Shown here one piece after another: positions 58,101 to 64,000 of a stretch of DNA of 64,000 nt. Under the pieces are notes generated by a model that was not told the DNA's origin, made no database searches, and was given only the letters and a program-made list of their open reading frames with translations. Source of the DNA: Bilabrum cf. latius (lineage: Eukaryota); assembly GCA_965178125.1 (NCBI GenBank), contig OZ237743.1:1178001-1242000 (forward strand). The letters are read 5' to 3'. The position numbers and the translations under genes are program-made. Each line of letters opens with the position of its first letter. Positions within the stretch are counted from its first letter, which is position 1.

Positions 58101-60211
58101 TCACGGAGGCTGGGCAGCCTGGCGTCAAGCATTTCATGGTCGGCAAAGCTTGCGGTTCTGTCTACCTATTGCAGCGCTTGCAGTTGCATAGCCAAGATCC
58201 CAAGAGCGGTTATCTCGTCGCAATACACGAGAGACGATTTGTCCCACCCCCACCATGGCGCTGTGCCATCCTGCAAGGCGCGCGCTGACACGTGAGTTAC
58301 AGTTTCTCCTAAATGCTCCGAAAGCTAGCTGGCTACTCTAGCAGCTAGTAGGCCGGCAGCTGCCTCGCTCGGCTACACAATCAGCATGCGGTTCCCGGGC
58401 GATGACGAGACGTGACCGAATAGCAGGAGTGTCTGCGGGATCTAGGTCGACTTTCCACTCCCGGTTCTTCCTGACAGCATCAATACACGGCCTTTGTGCT
58501 CTGCGGCGGCTCCCTTGGCCACAGGGCCGCAATCCGTAGCGCACCCCCCACTTTCCTTGATGTGTAGGTACTTCTCCAAGAATTTTCCTTGCTAAACGAA
58601 GGCATCGAGGTCTCTCTGGAAAGCGTTGGCGTGCCTACTCACACGTTGCTCAAAGTGCCGCAATAGGACCGGACGGACGTCAACGCTCTGGCGCTCGACT
58701 CCGAGCGCTGCAAAAAGGGCTCCCCTGGCTGATGGCATTTTCGTGTCGACAGGGACACTCTTTGCATCGTCCCATACCCGCAGGAGGTCAATCATGTCTC
58801 CAGCAATCCTCGCATGCAACAAGTCCGCATACGAAGTCGCCTTGTCGGTCATACTTTTGGCCATGTCGACCCAGCCAGTGCGCCCCTGAACAGTCGCCGC
58901 GTCCATTGCGTCTGGCACGTCGAGCAGGCCAGTGTTGCGGCGCACGTCGGTCCTTCTACGCCCGTCCGCCTTCTAGCTATATTCCTGGATACGACCATTA
59001 AAATAACGCTGCAACTGGTCGAACATCGAGCGCACTGCTGGCAATCCAAGAGTTTGACCCTTAGCTCCGTGAATATCCCTGAGCACCTCGAGCACTGCCT
59101 CGTGGGCCGAGGCAAGGTCGCCTTCATCAGACCCTGCGCCAGAAGCGGGGCGGTACTGACTTTTCTTCTGTACTTTCTTATCCAGATACTCAACAGCCCT
59201 TTGCTGGTGGCCTGTGATCTGCGCAAGCCACGGCGCTTTGTTGGAGTAGTCGTCGTCCAACACGTGAGAGCACCAGGCTGCTCCCGAAGTGCCAGTGGGA
59301 CCTTGACAAACAAGGTGCATGTACCTTTTGACGCTCTCCATGAAATTTTTGGCATCGGAATCGTTTGGAACTTCGGTGATGCGAGGATATAATATCTCGC
59401 CCTGTTCGACCAAATTAATCTACTTGTCACCTTTGCGGTGATGCAGGAATCCAACCGTGCAGATTGAGAGTCTGTGTCTCATTCTGTGTTCCCTCTAGAT
59501 CGTGAAAAACTTCTTTTTGATGCTCGACTCGAAACCAACGACTTCCACGTACAGACCACTGTCGAGTGCGGCGCAAACCAACTTTGGGAAGCTGTGGATC
59601 GTGTCCTCATGCATTCCGTCTGTATTGCCATCACCTGCGTATGGATGAGCAATTTTGGTTTAGTCGTGTGGCTGTGAAAAAACCAGGGACAAGTTTAAGT
59701 GCGCATTGCTGGAAATAGCCTCACCAGTACACAGCACAAGTATACCCCTTCGCAAATGCCTACTACTAGCGGCTCCCACACTGCTTGCGGCATGATGAGA
59801 TTTTGAATTAAGCTACGTCAAGCTCTCCATAGCAATTCGGGCGGAATTTCGAACATTTGCATCCACTTCATGCTCTTTTCCTTCTTTGCGAAGCACGAAG
59901 TTAGGAGGTTGGTGGCAAAAGGAACTTTGGAACTGTTTTTCTAGGCCTTCTCTGTCCTCCTTTGTCGGAGCAGACCCTTCAATGAAAACAGCTGGTTGGT
60001 TTGAATCACGCAGGCGATGAACGCTCCGCCCGCCAATGACTGCGTCTAGAAATTCCTGAGGATCTAGCTGCATGCCTCCCTCGATTGGCTGCAATGATGA
60101 ACACGCCATGTTTGACCAATCAACAACCACAGCAACCTCCTGTGTAAAAACATCTGTAGAACTTCCGATAGAATTCTGTCTAGACAGCTATACTTTTCCT
60201 AATGTAGCCAT
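52109..60211 (-). CDS. Paralogous NYN-like nuclease + DEAH helicase protein, ~2670 aa, no RBR, RGG/basic tail; intron 59635-59724
   Basis: VDWSNM, HEVDANV, VLCT-G/DGN, GRTGSGKST-Q(TAG)-IPQ, DEVH, SAT, VFLPG, AESSITIPG, QRAGRAAR; single frame, stop TGA 52109. Confidence 0.9.
56368..56775. repeat. Coding minisatellite, ~10 x 39 bp (ASGSEALSTSTGA)
   Basis: Directly visible tandem copies inside the helicase paralog. Confidence 0.92.
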
Positions 60212-60773
60212 TTCAGCCAGGGATTCAGTGTGTGGCTGCACGGGATCATATATCTGATCGAATTCAAATAGTGCACGTTACACATAATAGAATCGGCTTG
60301 ATTTTGGGGGAGGGCTGAAAGGAAGGCCAAACGGGCACTCGTGAGTGTGGTTTGGGAGAACTTTGCCAGCCCGGCTGTAGGGGCAGCCGATGACAAAAAC
60401 TTTGCCGCGGTGGTCGCCGACGTCAATGCGGGTTTAGACCAGAAAGGGTAGCCGGACGGGATGCTGACAGATAGCGCCGGCGAAAACGAGAGCGCTGACG
60501 CCTGCCAGAGGAATATAGGTCCTACAGGTGTTGCTGAGGTGGCTTAGGCTAGCCGGGATTGCAGCCGAGCTTTTCGAAGCATGAAGTCAGGTCTGCCCAC
60601 GGCGTTACTTCCAGAATCCAGATGTGCCATCGTAATTGCGTGCGCTATTGAGATGAATTCACAGATTACCGGATCAAAGTCCCCTTCTTCTATCTGTGTC
60701 ATGGCAGGCTTCTCGGGCCGATCCGGGCATGGACCGGCAATCCTCACTGGGAAGGCCAGGGCTCGGTACGACA

Positions 60774-63245
60774 TCACTTGCCCCCGGCGCCACCCGCGTA
60801 CACCGCCTCGAGCTCCTCGGCGTACCTGTCGTAGATCACCTTGTGCTTGTTCTTCTGCGAGTCCGTCACCAGCTCCACTCCCTTCTCAAGCCAGTCGTCG
60901 CCCACGACCAGCACGTCCCCCGGCACCTCGGCCCGACCCATCCTGGCCTGCTTGGCAGACTGCCTGCCCACCTGCTGGACCTCCTCCTTGATCTCGCGCC
61001 GCACCGCCTCCACCTTGGCCAGGGCCGCCATGGCGTCACCGGGCTTGCAGTCGGCCGCGTCGCAGTCCGCGTCCCGCAGCGCGGCGGCATACCTCTCGTC
61101 TCCCATGGAGGCCTTGAAGTAGGCGGGGTCTGGCACGGCCACCGCCACGCAGTAGTCGTGGTCGGGGTCCACGTGCACCGCCAGGAAGGCGGTGGTCTTG
61201 CACGCGCCCAGCTCCGACTCGACGATGCCCCTGTTCACGTACTCCCCGTTGGACAGCTTGATGAGTGCCTTGGTGCGCCCCGTGATGCGAAGGATCCCGT
61301 CCGGCGTCCACTGCCCGATGTCGCCCGTGTTGAACCACGTGCGGCCCCACCTCTGCTGGAAGACCTCTCGGTTGAGCCGGTCCATCTTTTCCTTCTGCTC
61401 CCCCACGGCGAGGTATCCCGGGGACACGTTGCTGCCCGACAGCCAGATCTCCCCCGTGGGGGGCGCCCCCGTCGCAGGGTCACCGGCGGGCTTCTTGTCG
61501 GGGTGGTCCTTGTGCGCCCTGAGCCAAACGCGGGCGGACCCGATGGGGGGACCCACAGTCCCCGTGTTGTACTCGTACATCATCGACACGGTCCCGCCCG
61601 CGCTCGTCTCGGTGAGGCCGTACCCCTGCTGCATGGAGCAGCAGAAGACTGCCTGCAGCCACCTCTGCGCCGAGGGGCTCGTGGGCCCCGCCCCGCCGAT
61701 AAGCACCCTGAGCCTGCCCCCAGTCACCTTCTTCCTGACGCCGTCAAAGACCAGCTTGTCCCAGAACCCGTGCCTGCAGCCTGCCAGCCCGTACTTCTCG
61801 ATGTTGGCCAGCTTGACCTTGAGCCCGGCCCCAAAGAGCACCTTGGCCACGGGTGAGGCCGCCACCTTGGCTTCGATCCCGTTGCGGATCTTGTTGAAGA
61901 TCCGAGGCACGCCGGCCATGAAGGTCGGCCGGTACACGAGGAGGTCGCCCTCCGTGGCCGCCTGTGCGCCCCCCTTGCGCGCCACGGGATTCTTGTCGAT
62001 GGCGGGAGAGGTGCCGGTGAGAGTGAAGGGCGAGCCGTACGCGATGGGCACTCCCGTCCCGAGCATGGCCAGCTCTGCGGCCACCTCGAAGATGTGGGCC
62101 AGGGGCAGGTACCCGTGGTAGACGTCGCTCGAGTCCAGAGCCGGCAGCGCCTCTTTGAAGCCGTGCACGATCCCAGCGATGGTGCGGTGCAGCAGCTGCA
62201 CGCCCTTGGGCTTGCCCGTGGTGCCCGAGGTGTACATGATCATAGCGGGCTGGGCGGGGGAGATGGCCGCCGGGGTGATGGGCTTGGGGTAGCCCGCGGG
62301 GGAGTCGCCAGGGTCGTACCTGAGCGGCCCCACCTTGACGTCCTTGCCCGCCAGCTCGCCCTCGGCCTCCTTGGAGTCTACCTCCAGCTCCTCGCAGAGG
62401 GAGGCGTGGTCGGGGATGGTGAACAGGTGGGTCACGGAGCGGAGGTGCTCCCTGCTGAGCTGGGACACGATGGGGAGGAGTGACCTGTCGCATACAATGG
62501 CGGAGCACCGCGCCTCGTGCACCGTGTGAGCAAGGGCGTCTGGGCCCAACGAGGCGTACGAGGTCACCACGGTGAAGCCCGCGTTCCAGCAAGCCATGGC
62601 GGTGAGCATCCACTGGTGCGAGGTGGATGCGAAGACGTTGACCCGGTCGCCCGTCTCTAGGCCCGCCTCCCTGAGCTGCTCCCCGATGACGTCGAGAGCG
62701 GCGAGGACCTTGCTGCGGGGCCACGCGCTGGCCTCGTTCTCGAAGTGGGAGACCACCTTCTCGATCGAGAGTTTCTTGCCACTGCTGCTGCTAGCTGCAC
62801 CGCCGGATCCGGAGGCTGGCTTCCGGGGCCTCGCGAGGCGGGAGGCAATCGGTTTCCGGAAGAGCATGCAGTCGGCGTCGGGGTTCGATTCCGAGGGTTT
62901 CATGGCGCTGCGGAGGCGATGGGAGCAGAGGGGACAAACAAAGAGGGGAAAGACTAAGTAACATTACATGTACTATAATATATTCGTAGGGGGCTGCACT
63001 TTCACGGCACAGGTGGACAGCAAGCGGGTCTGTCCAGTTGCGATCCCAAACAGCGAAAAGGTGATCCTGGATCAAACTCACTTGATGACGTCTTTTGCGG
63101 TCTGGGCACCGTCGATTCCAGAAAGAGTATCTTGGAAGAAAACAGAGCGGCGCGGGCGCGCCTCGATCGGTAGATCGTCGTCTTCGGCGCTCCCGGACTT
63201 GCCGGCGCAATCCTCGGCTGGCACGGACAGCAGCGTGTCGGTCAC
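60774..63245 (-). CDS. Long-chain acyl-CoA synthetase (AMP-binding); intron 62908-63081; further 5' exons possibly up to 63784
   Basis: IMYTSGTTGKPKG, YLPLAHIFE, QGYGLTET, WFNTGDIG, KLSNGEYV; ends TGA. 5' exon structure unresolved. Confidence 0.9.
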
Positions 63246-64000
63246 CTGCGTGAACCCAATCCGGAAGGGCACTAACTAACAAAAGAAGCTCACCGTCGAC
63301 TGTGGGCATGGCTAGATGATGGGAGGCAGTTCCGGGTCCGCAACTCACGGCAGTTTGCGACGGGATCGTTGTGGACTGACCGCAGACAAGATTGTAAAGG
63401 CACAGGCTCCCGATTGAAGCGAGGGAAACTGCCAGTGCAGTCGACTGATGCGAAGGCGACACTACTGCGCAAGGGCATGGGCTTGTAGGTGGAATGAGTC
63501 CATGATCGCTGCAGGCAGTGGTCCAGCTCTGCAGACTTCTTAAATCTCGATCAAGCCGTGCACTTTAAACCATAGCAAATGATGATTTTCGGAGCAGACT
63601 TACATGCATCAATGGAGTAGTACGAAGCAGCGCTGAGGACGCCAAACATGGTCGCTGAAACCGCAAAGTCTCGTGCCAGCAGTCCAGTTGTCGATAGCTC
63701 AGCAAGGCGTGCGGCATCATCACCAAGCTTGCGGAGCTCAACAGATCTCGATAAGTTTAGCTTGTTGAAATAGCCATCTGACATGGCTGCCCTTCACCAC
63801 GTTGCGGAAGGATGAGATATCCGAAAAATCCGACTTTTTGGGAACTAATTGTAACGAGTGGATATAGGAAGGAGGCAAAATGCAACCATTTCAGAAGCAC
63901 AGAATGTGAGCGCTTGCGCAAACCGTGCGTGTTCCGGGATCTATTGATCTTTAACGATCGTTGGTGTGGTACACCTGCCGGGGCGAACTTGCACCCAGTT

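Noticed and set aside
1-60211. Mass pseudogenisation as the cause of fragmented ORFs
   Set aside because: Interruptions are exclusively TAG, frames never shift (except the PolB insertion and introns), and TAG falls on conserved Gln positions.
21238-63478. Numerous long antisense and off-frame ORFs (e.g. 26550..28124 +, 35913..37904 -, 49588..51015 -, 60696..61856 +)
   Set aside because: Shadow frames of GC-rich genes with no recognisable motifs.
1-64000. Ciliate-type code with both TAA and TAG as Gln
   Set aside because: TAA ends many genes at the expected C-terminus (MCP, penton, integrase, helicase-RBR) and was not seen inside exons.

Overview
Eukaryotic (protist-like) genomic window with two compartments. 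Positions 1 to ~21320 are an AT-rich endogenous mavirus-like virophage (left end outside the window). It encodes a protein-primed PolB, MCP, penton, cysteine protease, packaging ATPase, rve integrase, GIY-YIG nuclease, a nucleotidyltransferase-like protein and two DUF285/BspA-repeat proteins. Positions ~21320 to 64000 are GC-rich host DNA with short GT-AG introns. The key observation is that both the host and the integrated virophage read TAG as glutamine while TAA and TGA remain stops (equivalent to translation table 15). The supplied standard-code ORF track therefore shreds most real genes. TAG sits at invariant Gln positions (DEAH motif I GKST-Q-IPQ, protease oxyanion Gln, integrase Q-ADL), and fragments rejoin in frame into full-length proteins of up to ~3200 aa. 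Host genes: a Mut-7/EXD3-like exonuclease-YbaK-Mut7-C protein, a TauD/BBOX-like dioxygenase, two paralogous giant NYN-like nuclease + DEAH helicase proteins (one ending in IBR-RING2), a MORN-repeat protein, a hypothetical gene and a long-chain acyl-CoA synthetase. The virophage also has a fixed-spacing promoter motif, a three-copy structured intergenic element, a hairpin-rich right end and a 455-bp GC-rich insertion that frameshifts its polymerase. All family assignments come from motif recognition by eye; no database searches were run.
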